From an uncultured Gemmatimonadota bacterium (GTDB lineage: Bacteria; GCA-2686955), in NCBI GenBank assembly GCA_964490075.1, contig CAZBBK010000037.1, positions 1 through 53,456 on the forward strand: a stretch of 53,456 nt of DNA, given 5' to 3'. The notes under the pieces were generated by a model. That model had not been told where the DNA came from and did not search any database. It was given only the letters and a program-made list of their open reading frames with translations. The translations under genes were made by a program, and so were the position numbers. Shown piece by piece: positions 29,395 through 39,720 of the stretch. Every line of letters begins with the position of its first letter. Within the stretch, counting starts at the first letter, position 1.

Positions 29395-30970
29395 GCAGAG
29401 GCAGCGAAACACGGAACTTGCTCCCCTTGCCCTCGGGGCATTGCACCCCGATGCGCCCGCCGTGCTTCTCGACGATCAGGCGTGCCAATGCCAGCCCCAG
29501 TCCGCTGCCCTTGGGGGCTTCCGTCAGCGACCGATTGGTGCCGCGGTAGAACTTCTCGAACACCCGCGAACGCTCCGCCTCGGGGATGCCGGGACCGTTG
29601 TCCTTCACCTCGAGCGCCAGCTCGACGCCGCCACGTTCCGTGCCGATCCTCACCCGGCCGCCCCGGGCGCTGTACTTGATCGCGTTGTCGAGCAGAATCA
29701 TGCAGACGCGCATGATCTGGTCGGCGTCGCCCGACACCCGCGCCGCGCCGTGCCCCAGCTCGCATTCGATGTCGACCGACTTGCGCTCGGCGAGCTGTGC
29801 CATCTGCGCGACCGCATCGGAGACCACCGGCGCCAGGTCGATCGGCCGGTGGTCCGCGGTCTGGGCATTGGCCTCGATGCGGGAGATGTCGAGGTAGCGA
29901 TCGATCATCTCGTTCATCATCTCGCACTGACCGCTGACCATTTCCAGGGGCCGCATCTGTTTCTCGTTCAGCCGGCCGGTCTTGCCGCTCTGCAGGAGCT
30001 TCAACGCGATCATCATGGTCGAGAGCGGCGTGCGCAGCTCGTGCGAAACGAGGGCTACGAACTCGTCCTTCAGGCTGCTCGCTTCCCGCTCCGCGGTGAC
30101 GTCCCGTGCCACGAACGCCCTGCCCAGCAGCGTGTCGTCCTGGTCGACGACCGGAGTCGACGAAACCTCGAGCAGGCGTCGCCGCGACCCACCGATTTCC
30201 ACCTCCTTGCGCCAGGTCGGGTCGAAGCGTCGAGCCCGGCGCCGCTCTGGCAGCACCTTGCAGGTCGTGGCGCGGCGATCAGCGACCGCGGCCGCCAGCG
30301 CATCGACCTCGCCGCCGCGCGCCGCTCCGTCGCCGGGAATCTGGCTGCCGATCAGCGCCTCGCCCCGGACTCCGAACATCGCTTCCGCGGCTGCGTTGAG
30401 TGCCGCGAGCCTGCCCTCCTCGTCGAGCATCACCACCGCTTCGGCGAGGCTGTCCATGATCGCCTGAATGCGTCCCTTCTCGAGCTCCAGGCTGCGCGTC
30501 CTCTCCATGATGCGCGCTTCGAGCTCCCGGTTGGCGCTGCGCAGCTGCCGGGTCAGTCTGATGTTCTCGATGGTGAGCCGACGCTTCTCGATGGCCCGTC
30601 GCAGAGTCCCGATGATCAGATCGGGCACCACCGGCTTTTCCAGGTAGGCGAAGACCTGGCGATCGATCGCCTCGACGGCGGAGTCGAGCGACGCCCGTCC
30701 GGTGAAGATGATCACCTCGGTGTCGGGCGCCAGCGCCTTCAAGCGGTCGAGGAGCTCGATTCCGGGAATGTCGGGTAGCCCGAGATCGAGCAGGATCGTG
30801 TCGACCTCGTGGGTCTCGAGGCGCTCCAGCGCCTCGGCGCCGGTCTCGGCGGCGAGGAAGGTGTAGTCGTGGCGGCCCAATGCCTTCGACAGCACGTTGC
30901 GGACCATCGGAGAATCGTCCACCACCAGGACGCTTCCCTGGCCTGCGGCCGACCTCTGCTTCGCCGTCAC
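29363..30970 (-). CDS. Hybrid kinase REC-PAS-HisKA-HATPase
   Basis: VLVVDDS, LLDLGLPD, SHELRTPL, NAIKY, DNGPGI, GSGLGL. Confidence 0.9.
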   Translation of the reverse strand: MTAKQRSAAGQGSVLVVDDSPMVRNVLSKALGRHDYTFLAAETGAEALERLETHEVDTILLDLGLPDIPGIELLDRLKALAPDTEVIIFTGRASLDSAVEAIDRQVFAYLEKPVVPDLIIGTLRRAIEKRRLTIENIRLTRQLRSANRELEARIMERTRSLELEKGRIQAIMDSLAEAVVMLDEEGRLAALNAAAEAMFGVRGEALIGSQIPGDGAARGGEVDALAAAVADRRATTCKVLPERRRARRFDPTWRKEVEIGGSRRRLLEVSSTPVVDQDDTLLGRAFVARDVTAEREASSLKDEFVALVSHELRTPLSTMMIALKLLQSGKTGRLNEKQMRPLEMVSGQCEMMNEMIDRYLDISRIEANAQTADHRPIDLAPVVSDAVAQMAQLAERKSVDIECELGHGAARVSGDADQIMRVCMILLDNAIKYSARGGRVRIGTERGGVELALEVKDNGPGIPEAERSRVFEKFYRGTNRSLTEAPKGSGLGLALARLIVEKHGGRIGVQCPEGKGSKFRVSLPLLSSPAAPSAS

Positions 30971-30974
30971 GATT

Positions 30975-32228
30975 TCATCCTCCGCGTCCGATCTTCGATC
31001 GACCCTCGCTCGCGCCGTTGAGATCCGCGCCCCGTGCCGGCAGGGTAAACCAGAATGACGATCCGGTCCTGCGGTTGCTTTCGATGCCGACCTTGCCGCC
31101 ATGCATCTCGACGAACTTCTTGACGATGGCGAGCCCCAGACCGATCCCTCGGGTCTCGAAGTCGGAATCCCCCGAGGAATGGTGCAGTGTATCGAGACTG
31201 GTGAAGAATCCGTCGAAAAGATGCGGTTTGTCTTCTTCGGCGATTCCGATTCCGGTATCTGAGACGCGAAACTCCACCGACTCCACGTCGACGTTGCGCA
31301 CGCTGAGGCCGATGTCGCCACCGTCGGCCGTGAACTTCGTTGCGTTCATCAGCAGATTCAGCACTGCATCATGGATCTTGTTCGCGTCGACCGAAACGTC
31401 GGGAAGATCGTGCTCGACCTCGACCGTCAGCTTTTGTCGTCGAGATTCGAGCAACGCGCTGACGTCGGCGACGACATTTTCCACCAACAGCTTCGGCTCG
31501 ATCGCCGTACGTTCCAGGCGGCTCTCCAGTTGGTCGATCTGGGCGAAGCCGGAAATCCGGGTAGCCAGCGCATTCAAGCGGGTGGTGGCGCTGGCCGCCA
31601 GCTCGGTGGCCCGCGCCGAGCAGTGCCGGCCGGCGTGGGTATTTTCCCGGATGATCGCCAGCACCGTTTCGATCACCGCCAAGGGTGTTCTCAGCTCGTG
31701 CGAGGCGACATCGATGAACGCGGCCTTGAGGCGATCGAGCGCCTTGAGATCCTCGTAGGCCTTGGCGAGCTCTGCGGTGCGCCGCGCCACTTTCGCCTCC
31801 AGCTCCTCGTTGGCCGATCGGAGCTGGCGCGTCAGGCGCAGGTTCTCGAGCGCCAGCCGGCGTTTCTCCACCGCTCGCCGCACGATCCCGATGATCTGCT
31901 CCGACGCCGCCGGCTTCTCCAGGTAGGCGAAGGCGTCGCTCTCGATCGCCTCGACCGCGGTGGCCACCGAGGCGTGGCCGGTCAGAATGATCACCTCCAC
32001 GCGGGGCTGGCGCCCCTTGATCCGCCGCAGAACCTCGGTGCCTGGCAGATCGGGAAGCTGCAGGTCGAGGATGACGGCGTCGATGGCGTGGTTCTCGATC
32101 GCGGCCAGCGCTTCCTCGACGGTCTCCGCGGCGTGATGTTGGTATCCGTAGAGGTCGAGCGCTCTGCAGACCACCCAGCGCACCACCTCGGTGTCGTCGA
32201 CGACCAGGATCGATCCCGGGTCGCTCAC
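30975..32228 (-). CDS. Hybrid kinase REC-HisKA-HATPase
   Basis: ILVVDD, ILDLQLPD, SHELRTPL, NATKF, DTGIGI, GIGLGL. Confidence 0.9.
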   Translation of the reverse strand: MSDPGSILVVDDTEVVRWVVCRALDLYGYQHHAAETVEEALAAIENHAIDAVILDLQLPDLPGTEVLRRIKGRQPRVEVIILTGHASVATAVEAIESDAFAYLEKPAASEQIIGIVRRAVEKRRLALENLRLTRQLRSANEELEAKVARRTAELAKAYEDLKALDRLKAAFIDVASHELRTPLAVIETVLAIIRENTHAGRHCSARATELAASATTRLNALATRISGFAQIDQLESRLERTAIEPKLLVENVVADVSALLESRRQKLTVEVEHDLPDVSVDANKIHDAVLNLLMNATKFTADGGDIGLSVRNVDVESVEFRVSDTGIGIAEEDKPHLFDGFFTSLDTLHHSSGDSDFETRGIGLGLAIVKKFVEMHGGKVGIESNRRTGSSFWFTLPARGADLNGASEGRSKIGRGG

Positions 32229-32338
32229 CTTGCTCCGCCCTCTTCGCGGGTGTGGTGCATCGTCGACCTCGATTCGTGTCGGATCATGGCCAGCTCCGCT
32301 CCCGCCCTCCTCGTGCATGATAGCGGTTCTTGGGCGGA

Positions 32339-33676
32339 TCAGATAGGGATCCGCAGCACCGCCGCCGCCCGCTCCCCGGAGATCACCGCCCCCTCCATGG
32401 TCGAGGGCCAGCCGCCGGTGTCGGTCCAGGCGCCGGCCAGCGCCAGGCCGGCGATCGGGGTCGCCTGCGGCGGGCGCAGCGCTTCGCAGCGCGGGCTGGG
32501 CACGATGGTGGCGCGCGGCTCTCGGTGCACGGTCGCGTCGACCAGGCGCGCGGCCGCGGCCCTCGGCAGCACCAGGGGCAGGGCGTTGCTCAGGCGTCGC
32601 ACGATCTCATCGGCACTCAGCCGCAGCCACCCTTGCGCATCCGAGAGCACCACCGAGAGCTCCTGGCCGGCGCCCTTGCTCTCCCCGCGGATCCCGCCCG
32701 CGTCGAAGATCCACTCACAGGGAGAGTCGGGCGCGGCCAGGATCGCGGGCGCGTCGAGGGTTCGGTCGTAGCGCAGGTGGACGCCGACGATGGCGCCCCA
32801 GTCGATGCGTCCGGCAGCGCGGAAGGGATCGCTGCGAGCCAGCGCTTCGGGCAGCAGAGCAGCCAGCTGCCGCGGCGGAACCGCCAAAACCACCCGCCCG
32901 GCGCCCAGGGTCTCGCCGTCCAGCTCCAGCGCCGCCACCCGCCGCCCCTCGACGACGATCCGGCGCACCTTGCACCCGAGGCGCAGCTCGACACCCGCGG
33001 CGCGCAGTCCCGCCCGGGACGCGGGGTCGATCCAGGGGGTGAGCGCGCGGCGCGCCCAGCCGACCCGCAGGGCGTCCGCGCCTCCGAAGAGCGCCTGGCG
33101 CAGGACGAAAGCGGCGGCGCCGGTCGCCACCCGCTCCGGCGGAGCGTTCAGCGAAGGCGTGGTAACCAGGTCCCAGAAGTAGCGCCGCGCGCGCGGCCCC
33201 TGGCGCTGCTCGCGCAGCCAGTCGGCGAAGCAGCCTTGCGTCGCCGCGGCCCGTTCCGGACGCGGCAGGCGCGCCAGCGCCCGGACGATCGAGGCGCGCT
33301 CGAGCGGCCGAAGCAGAGAGTAAGTGGCCAGCCCCAGCAGCGGCGCCAGCGCCCCGGCGGGTCCGCGCGCCCCCAGCACCCCGATCCGCCCCTCGATGTC
33401 GACCACCGGGATCCGGGCCCGCGCCTGCAGGGCGGTGTCCGGGGAGATCCGCAGCCGATCCAGGAGCCGCATCAGCCGCCGGCAGCAGCCCAGGAAGATG
33501 TGCTGGCCGTTGTCGCGCCCGTCGAAGGAGCGCACCAGCCCGCCGAGCACCGGCCGGGTCTCGATCAGCAGCACCTCGCTCCCGGCGGCGCGCAGCTCCA
33601 GAGCGGCCGCGATGCCGGCCAGCCCGCCGCCCACTACCACGGCGGGGCGTCCGAAGCCCCGCCCCGCCCCTCTCAC
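32339..33676 (-). CDS. hpnE: Hydroxysqualene dehydroxylase
   Basis: VVGGGLAG FAD motif, DNGQH, LAGAWT...STMEGAVISG; follows hpnCD. Confidence 0.88.
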   Translation of the reverse strand: MRGAGRGFGRPAVVVGGGLAGIAAALELRAAGSEVLLIETRPVLGGLVRSFDGRDNGQHIFLGCCRRLMRLLDRLRISPDTALQARARIPVVDIEGRIGVLGARGPAGALAPLLGLATYSLLRPLERASIVRALARLPRPERAAATQGCFADWLREQRQGPRARRYFWDLVTTPSLNAPPERVATGAAAFVLRQALFGGADALRVGWARRALTPWIDPASRAGLRAAGVELRLGCKVRRIVVEGRRVAALELDGETLGAGRVVLAVPPRQLAALLPEALARSDPFRAAGRIDWGAIVGVHLRYDRTLDAPAILAAPDSPCEWIFDAGGIRGESKGAGQELSVVLSDAQGWLRLSADEIVRRLSNALPLVLPRAAAARLVDATVHREPRATIVPSPRCEALRPPQATPIAGLALAGAWTDTGGWPSTMEGAVISGERAAAVLRIPI

Positions 33677-34557
33677 CAGGAAGGCGCCGCGCCGACCCAG
33701 GCGCCGAGCGCACACTTCAACTTGGCCGGATTCGAGATCCGCACCCGCCCGGAGAGCACGTCGTACTCGCGCGCCTCGATCAGGTCGAGGAGCCGGCTGT
33801 AGATCGCCCCCAAGGTCTGCACGCAGAGCCGCCCCCCCGGGTCGAGCAAGGGCAGCAGCTCGCGGCCGCGATCGAAGTAGCCGCGCGCCCGCCGCACCTG
33901 GAACTTCATCAGCTCGCGGAAGGCCGGCGAGGCCAGCCGCCCCGAGAGCTGCCCTTCCGAAACCCCGAAGGCGGCCAGGTCCTCGCCCGGCAGGTAGACC
34001 CGACCGCGCGTGGCGTCCTCCGCGACGTCGCGCAGGATGTTGGTGAGCTGCATCGCGATGCCGAGATCGATCGCATGCTGGCGCGCCTCCTCGGCGCCGC
34101 GGTAGCCGAAGATTTCGATGCAGATCAGCCCCACCAGCGACGCCGCCCGGTAGCAGTACTGGAAGAGGTCGTCGAAACGCGGATAGCGGCTCACCCGCAA
34201 GTCCATCTCCATGCCGTCGATCAGCCCCAGCAGGTACTCGGGGGGGATGGCGTGGCGATCCATGGCGTCGGCCAGGGCGAGGGTGACCGGATCCCAGCGC
34301 CGCGCGCCTCCCGCCGCGGCGCGTCGCACGTCGGCGCGGCAGCGGTCCAGCAGCCTCTGCTTGTGTGCCGCTCCGGCATGGCCGTCGGCGATGTCGTCGA
34401 CGCGGCGGCTGAAGGCGTAGGCGGCGTAGATCGAGCGACGCATCTCGGCCGGCAGCAGCAGAAAGGCCAGGTAGAAGTTGCGCGCCGCGTGGCGGGTCAG
34501 CCGCCCGCAGACCGTGTAGGCGGTGGCGATGGTATGGCGTCTGATCGCGGGCCTCAT
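33673..34557 (-). CDS. hpnD: Presqualene diphosphate synthase
   Basis: NFY, DDIAD, GMEMD, YCYRAAS, QLTNILRDVAED. Confidence 0.88.
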   Translation of the reverse strand: MRPAIRRHTIATAYTVCGRLTRHAARNFYLAFLLLPAEMRRSIYAAYAFSRRVDDIADGHAGAAHKQRLLDRCRADVRRAAAGGARRWDPVTLALADAMDRHAIPPEYLLGLIDGMEMDLRVSRYPRFDDLFQYCYRAASLVGLICIEIFGYRGAEEARQHAIDLGIAMQLTNILRDVAEDATRGRVYLPGEDLAAFGVSEGQLSGRLASPAFRELMKFQVRRARGYFDRGRELLPLLDPGGRLCVQTLGAIYSRLLDLIEAREYDVLSGRVRISNPAKLKCALGAWVGAAPSW

Positions 34558-35510
34558 GCGGCGTTCCCCCGGGCTCCGCGTCGCAGGAGCCACCAGATCG
34601 ATGCGGCGACCAGTTGGGCTTTGGCGGCGCCGCTGGGAGCCGGTCGCCGGCGCCAGACATCCCCATCGACGGCCTCGAGCGCGTCGAGCACCCGCAATCC
34701 GGCCTGGGCGAAGATCCGCACCGAGGCGGCCAGACGGCCCTCCAGCGCGTCGGCCAGCGCCCCACCCTCAGTCAGAAAGGCGCCCGCCCGGGACCGCTCG
34801 AAGTCGAGCCACGCGCGCAGCCGCGGCCAGCCCGCCCCGGCGCGACCGGCGACCAGGTCCGGCTCGGTCACGCCGAAGCGCGCCATCGAGTCCCCCGGCA
34901 GGTAGATGCGGTCGCGCTTGGCGAGGTCGGCGGCGATGTCTTGCAGGAAGTTGACCAGTTGCAGGCCGGTGCAGACCTGATCGGAGAGGTGAATCAGACG
35001 TGGATCGCGGATGCCGAACAGGGCGAGATAGAGTCGCCCGACCGGGTCGGCGCTTTTGCGGCAGTAATCGTGCAGCGCGGAGAAGGTCTCGAAGCGCACC
35101 CGCTCCTGGTCGCGGCGGTTGGCTTCGATCAGGTCGAGGTAGGGGGTCAGCGGCAGATCCCGAGCGGCCGCCGAGGCGGCGCAGGCGCGCAGAATCGGAT
35201 TCGCGACCCCAGCGCCGCGCCACGCCCGCCGCAGATCTTCTTCCCACTCGTCGAGCGCCGCGCGGCGGTCCCCCGGGGCCTCGTCGCCCAGGTCGTCGAC
35301 GCCGCGGCAGTAGGCGTAGAGCACCGTCACGTGGGGCGTCAGGCGGCGCGGCACGAGCAGCGAGAGAACCGGGAAGTTCTCTCCGTGACGCAACATACGA
35401 CGGCAGGTCCGAAGCGCCTCGGGATCCGGTGGCCAGGACGCGGGCCGCTCGCCATGACGCGCTTCGGCTGCGTCATGCGGCGTTGCCGGGGTCGGCTCTT
35501 GGTGCGTCAT
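34554..35510 (-). CDS. hpnC: Squalene/hydroxysqualene synthase
   Basis: HGENFPV, DDLGDE, YCRKSADPVGR, QLVNFLQD. Confidence 0.9.
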   Translation of the reverse strand: MTHQEPTPATPHDAAEARHGERPASWPPDPEALRTCRRMLRHGENFPVLSLLVPRRLTPHVTVLYAYCRGVDDLGDEAPGDRRAALDEWEEDLRRAWRGAGVANPILRACAASAAARDLPLTPYLDLIEANRRDQERVRFETFSALHDYCRKSADPVGRLYLALFGIRDPRLIHLSDQVCTGLQLVNFLQDIAADLAKRDRIYLPGDSMARFGVTEPDLVAGRAGAGWPRLRAWLDFERSRAGAFLTEGGALADALEGRLAASVRIFAQAGLRVLDALEAVDGDVWRRRPAPSGAAKAQLVAASIWWLLRRGARGNAA

Positions 35511-35647
35511 GATCATCGGCGAAGATCGGTGCGAAGTTGCTCGAGGGTCCCGAGCGGCGGAAGCTAGCACAGAGCCGGACGGGGGTGGCTATGATCTCGA
35601 TTCCGTCCGCCCTCCATCCCGTCCCCCCCTCTCGCCGGAGCTTGCCC

Positions 35648-36334
35648 ATGAGCCTCATGCGCGGCAGCGCCTCGTTCCGCCGCTTCTCCGTGCCGACCCA
35701 GCTTCCCGACGGCCTGCGGGAGTCGCTGGTGAAGCGCATCCAGCGCCACGCCTTCCGGGAGCTGACTCCCGAGGACGAGGACCGTCCCTCGTCCGGCTGG
35801 GCGCTGCTGGACAATCCGCTCGAGACCGAGTTCGACGCGCAGAGCTGTGACTTCGACGGCACCGTGGGACTCGCCTACCGGGTAGAGAAACGCACCGTGC
35901 AGCCCTTGCGTCTACAAGGCCGGCTGCGCCAGGAGGAGGCCCGGATCCGCGCCGAGGAGGGGCTCGAGGTGCTGCCCCGCGGGCGCATGCGCGAGCTCAA
36001 GGAGAGCGTCGCCCTGGCCCTGCTCGCCGAGACCACGCCGCGGATCTCGATCTGCGAGGTGCTCTGGTCGCTGCGCGAGGGCCTGCTGCTGATCGGATCG
36101 ACCTCCACCAACCTGGTGGCCGAGATCCGCGAGCACTTCGAGCGCAGCTTCGAGATCCAGGCCACGCCGCTCTTTCCCTACGCGCTGGCCGGCCGGCTCG
36201 GCGTGAGCGCCGGCGCCGGGGCGCGGCTCGACGCGATCGGCCAGGCGATTCTGGTGCCGGAGATGGCCGCGCGGATCCTGGCGGCCGAGGAAGCGCGGAT
36301 CGCCGCCGCGTCGACCATCGAGGAGGAGGAGTGA
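35648..36334 (+). CDS. RdgC-family protein, N-terminal-half type
   Basis: MSLMRGSASFRRF, AFREL, SGW, R.EKR.V, LKESV..ALL pattern recalled for RdgC homologues. Confidence 0.65.
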   Translation: MSLMRGSASFRRFSVPTQLPDGLRESLVKRIQRHAFRELTPEDEDRPSSGWALLDNPLETEFDAQSCDFDGTVGLAYRVEKRTVQPLRLQGRLRQEEARIRAEEGLEVLPRGRMRELKESVALALLAETTPRISICEVLWSLREGLLLIGSTSTNLVAEIREHFERSFEIQATPLFPYALAGRLGVSAGAGARLDAIGQAILVPEMAARILAAEEARIAAASTIEEEE

Positions 36335-36864
36335 TGGATCTGCTCAAGACACGCGTCGCCAAGCGTTTTCTCGGCGCCGACTTTTTGACCTGGCTGTGGT
36401 TCGCGTCGGAGCAGTCGGAGGGGCTCTTCGAGCTCGAGGGCGTGGGTGAAGCAAGGGTGATGGTCGACGACCAGATACAGCTCTCGGCGGAGCACTCGGA
36501 CGCCCGCGAAAATGTGTTGCGCAAGGGCAATCCCGCGGCCTGCGCCGAGGCCGGCGCGGCGCTGGCGGTCGGCAAGAAGGTGGCGCGCATCAAGCTGCGC
36601 ATCGAGACCGACGAGGCCGAGCTGGTGCTGACGCTGGACGCCGACGATCTCGATATTCGCGGTCTCAGGATTCCCAGCCCGGCCGGTCCGACCACGGTCG
36701 AGCAGGTGATCGAGCGCAGCGAGTGGCTGCTCCTGGCCAGCTCATTGATCGACGGTCTCTTCGCCCGCTTCCTCGAAGCGCGCCTGGCGCGCGATTGGGA
36801 GGACGAGACCCTCGCCGCCATGCGCCGCTGGGTGCGGGTCAAGGACGGCGAGGTCGAGGAGTAG
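36331..36864 (+). CDS. RdgC-associated partner (C-terminal-half-like)
   Basis: FLGADFLTWLW, EAGAALAVGKKV; overlaps the upstream stop. Confidence 0.6.
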   Translation: MMDLLKTRVAKRFLGADFLTWLWFASEQSEGLFELEGVGEARVMVDDQIQLSAEHSDARENVLRKGNPAACAEAGAALAVGKKVARIKLRIETDEAELVLTLDADDLDIRGLRIPSPAGPTTVEQVIERSEWLLLASSLIDGLFARFLEARLARDWEDETLAAMRRWVRVKDGEVEE

Positions 36865-36879
36865 GCCGCTCCCGTAGGT

Positions 36880-39672
36880 CTACTGCACCTCCACCGCGAA
36901 GCTGTCTTCCGCCCAGACCAGATCCGGCCGCACGCCCATTCGGCAACGCACGGTGTAGCTGCCGGGCGTGACCGGCGGAATGGTGGCGATTCCGACGTTG
37001 AGATCGCGGCTGTCTTGCGCGCCCAGCTCCGACCTGGTGGCGTAGCTCTTGGTCCATTCCCCGCCCACCCCGCTGATCTCGGCCCAGAAATCGTAGCTCA
37101 CCGGCCGGTCCTCGGCGTTGACGACCCTCACGTCCCAGGATGCCTCTTCGCCGATCTGTACCGTGGTGGGGGCGTTCGAGATGGTGAGCGAGCAGCTCGG
37201 ATCGGTCGGAGCCAGGCTCAGGTCGTCGACATACCAGCCTTCGGCGGTGACCAGACCGTCCGACGCGAAGCGGAAGCGGAAGCGCACCTCGCCCTGCAGC
37301 TCGTGCAGGTCGAAGACCGCCTCCTCCCAGACCTTGCGGTAGCCGCCCCAGCAGGGGGTACCTCCAGGTAGCACGTTGGCGGGGTTGGGGGTGATGCGGT
37401 TGGGGTAGCCGCCGGCCGGGAAGACCTGGTTCCACGACGCGCCCTGGTCGGTGGAGGTTTCGACGATGCCGCCGTCCCAAACGCTGCCGATGAAGGTCGG
37501 GTTGGGCTCGGTCGAGACCCAGTGCCAGAAGCGCAAGCTGGTGCCCTGGTCGATGTCGTAGCAGCGGGTGACCAGCCCGGCATCCAGGTAGTTGAGGTAC
37601 TTGCCGCCGTCGGATGCGCCACATTTCCAGGCGGCGGCGCCGGAGTGGGATCGGGTCTGCGACAGATGCCACTGGTCGGAGTAGAAGACGGTGATCGCTT
37701 CCGAATTCCAGCCGTTGGCTCCCGATTCGATGTCGTCGGGCGCCGGGGTCGCCAGGGTGATCTCGAGGTCGAGTCCGCCGGGATCCGGAACCGTGATCTG
37801 TTGCAGGTCGTCGAGCAGGCCGCAGTAGGAGACGCTCAGGTCGAGGGGCTCGGCGACCGGGGCGGGACCCAGGTCGAACGATCCGTCCGCGGCGGTGGTG
37901 TCGGTCGCCTGTCCGCCGGCCAGCGCCACCGCGGCCCCGGCGATCGGCAGCGCCGCCTCGTCGAGCACCGTGCCGGTGACCGGACCGAGGGGCTTGGCGG
38001 CCAGGGCGAAGTCCTGGGTGACGACACTTTGGGCGGGCAGGAAGACCGCGACGGACTGGTCGTGGTAGCCGAAGGCGCTCGCCTCGAGAGTGTAGCTCAG
38101 GCCGGAGGGCAGACGGAACGTGTAGCCACCTTGGGGATCGGTGAGGGCCTCGCGGGCATTGCCGATCAGCTCGACCGCGACCAGGGCGTCGAGGGGCACG
38201 CCGCTGGCGGAGTCCGTGACCGTACCTTGCAGCGTGCCGCGGTCGAGCAGCTCCTGCAGCGCGGCGTCGACGTCGAGACGGCCGTAGCCGAAGTCGTGGT
38301 CGGGTCCGGCGTCGCCGAGATCGAGGGAGCCGATCTTCATGAGCTCTTCGAGCTCCTCGACGGTCAGGGTCGGATCGGCGGAGAGCAGGATCGCGGCGGC
38401 GCCCGCCACGTGTGGGGTCGCCATCGACGTCCCGCTCCACGACTGCCAGCCCCCGCCCACCGCCGAGCGCACCGAGACGCCGGGAGCGCTGATGTCGGGC
38501 TTGATCCAGCTCTCGTCACAATCCGAGGGGCCGCGGCCGCTGAATCCGGCGATGCGGTCGGAGGAATCGGTGGCGCCGACCGAGAAGGTCTCGGGGTAGT
38601 TGCCGGGACTCTCGCTGGAGCCCTCGCCCGGTCCCGAGTTGCCCGAGGCGAAGACCGGCAGAATGCCGGCGGCGCGCCAGGCCAGCACGTCGCGGCGGAA
38701 GTCGATCAGGCAGCCGTCGTAGTCGAAGCCCCAGGAGTTGGAGACCGCGCGCGGCGCGTCGTCGCTCTGGGGGTCGCCGTCGGGGTCGAGGAACCACTGG
38801 AAGAGCTCCTGGGTGACGTCCAGCGAGCTGAAGCCGCCGTCGCTCCACATGCGCGCCGCGATCCAGTTGGCGTCGGGGGCCACGCCGATATCCTTGCCGC
38901 TGGCGTCGCCGCCGAGGATGGTGCCCATGGTGTGGGTGCCGTGGCCGTCGGCGTCGTAGGGGGTGGCGTGCTCCTCGAAAGGATCGTTCCAGGCGTGGGC
39001 GCCGCCGAGGTAGCGGGGGTTGAGGTCGGGATGCTCGAGGCGGACTCCGGTGTCCATTCCGCCGATCACGACGCCCTGGCCGCGGTAGCCGCGGGCCCAG
39101 GCCTCGGGGGCGTTGATCTTGGCGATATTCCACTCGCTGGCCTGGGCCTGGGCCGGGGGCCTCTCGGCGGGGGCGACGCGCGGCGGCGCGATCGGATCGG
39201 CGTGGCGCACCAGGGCGACGGCCGGGTGGGCGGCGACGCGGCGGACGGCGGCCGGGGCGAGGTCGGCGATGAAGCCGTTGAAGATCCAGTAGGGCCGGGG
39301 GAGGGAGCCGGTGCCGCGCTCACTCTCGGCCTCGAGCAGGGCGGCGACGGCGCCCGAGCTATGCTCGAAGTGGTCGGTCAGCAAGCGCTTCAGGCGGGCC
39401 GCGCGCCCGGCGCGGCCGGGGGTGGTCCGCTCGATGCGGGTGAATCGCGCCAGGTCGGGGTAGGAGTCGAGCGCGATGACCACGGGGATGAGAGCCTCGG
39501 TGTCGCCGTCGTGGATCAGCTCCTCGGCGAGGGCGGGCTCGAGCGAGGCGGGGAGGGGAGCCTTCGAGGCGTCGAGCGCGGCGGGCGTGGCGCCGGCGGC
39601 GAGCAGCACGGCGAGCAGAGCGGCGAGGGCGCGCCGGGGCGTGCCGGGGGAGGAGAGGGCGACGGGGAGCAA
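36880..39672 (-). CDS. Secreted S8 subtilisin-like serine protease with carboxypeptidase-regulatory-like repeats and C-terminal beta domains
   Basis: Triad DTG / HGTHTMG / GTSMATPH, SNSWG, GYGRLD, GTVTD...G.P repeats, GWYVDD. Confidence 0.92.
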   Translation of the reverse strand: MLPVALSSPGTPRRALAALLAVLLAAGATPAALDASKAPLPASLEPALAEELIHDGDTEALIPVVIALDSYPDLARFTRIERTTPGRAGRAARLKRLLTDHFEHSSGAVAALLEAESERGTGSLPRPYWIFNGFIADLAPAAVRRVAAHPAVALVRHADPIAPPRVAPAERPPAQAQASEWNIAKINAPEAWARGYRGQGVVIGGMDTGVRLEHPDLNPRYLGGAHAWNDPFEEHATPYDADGHGTHTMGTILGGDASGKDIGVAPDANWIAARMWSDGGFSSLDVTQELFQWFLDPDGDPQSDDAPRAVSNSWGFDYDGCLIDFRRDVLAWRAAGILPVFASGNSGPGEGSSESPGNYPETFSVGATDSSDRIAGFSGRGPSDCDESWIKPDISAPGVSVRSAVGGGWQSWSGTSMATPHVAGAAAILLSADPTLTVEELEELMKIGSLDLGDAGPDHDFGYGRLDVDAALQELLDRGTLQGTVTDSASGVPLDALVAVELIGNAREALTDPQGGYTFRLPSGLSYTLEASAFGYHDQSVAVFLPAQSVVTQDFALAAKPLGPVTGTVLDEAALPIAGAAVALAGGQATDTTAADGSFDLGPAPVAEPLDLSVSYCGLLDDLQQITVPDPGGLDLEITLATPAPDDIESGANGWNSEAITVFYSDQWHLSQTRSHSGAAAWKCGASDGGKYLNYLDAGLVTRCYDIDQGTSLRFWHWVSTEPNPTFIGSVWDGGIVETSTDQGASWNQVFPAGGYPNRITPNPANVLPGGTPCWGGYRKVWEEAVFDLHELQGEVRFRFRFASDGLVTAEGWYVDDLSLAPTDPSCSLTISNAPTTVQIGEEASWDVRVVNAEDRPVSYDFWAEISGVGGEWTKSYATRSELGAQDSRDLNVGIATIPPVTPGSYTVRCRMGVRPDLVWAEDSFAVEVQ

Positions 39673-39720
39673 GAGGGGACTCCGAGGCTGAGGGACGAGG
39701 AGGCGAAGCTTGGGCTCAGG

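Noticed and set aside
32339..35510. hpnCDE without squalene-hopene cyclase
   Set aside because: The cyclase is often encoded elsewhere; absence from the window is uninformative.
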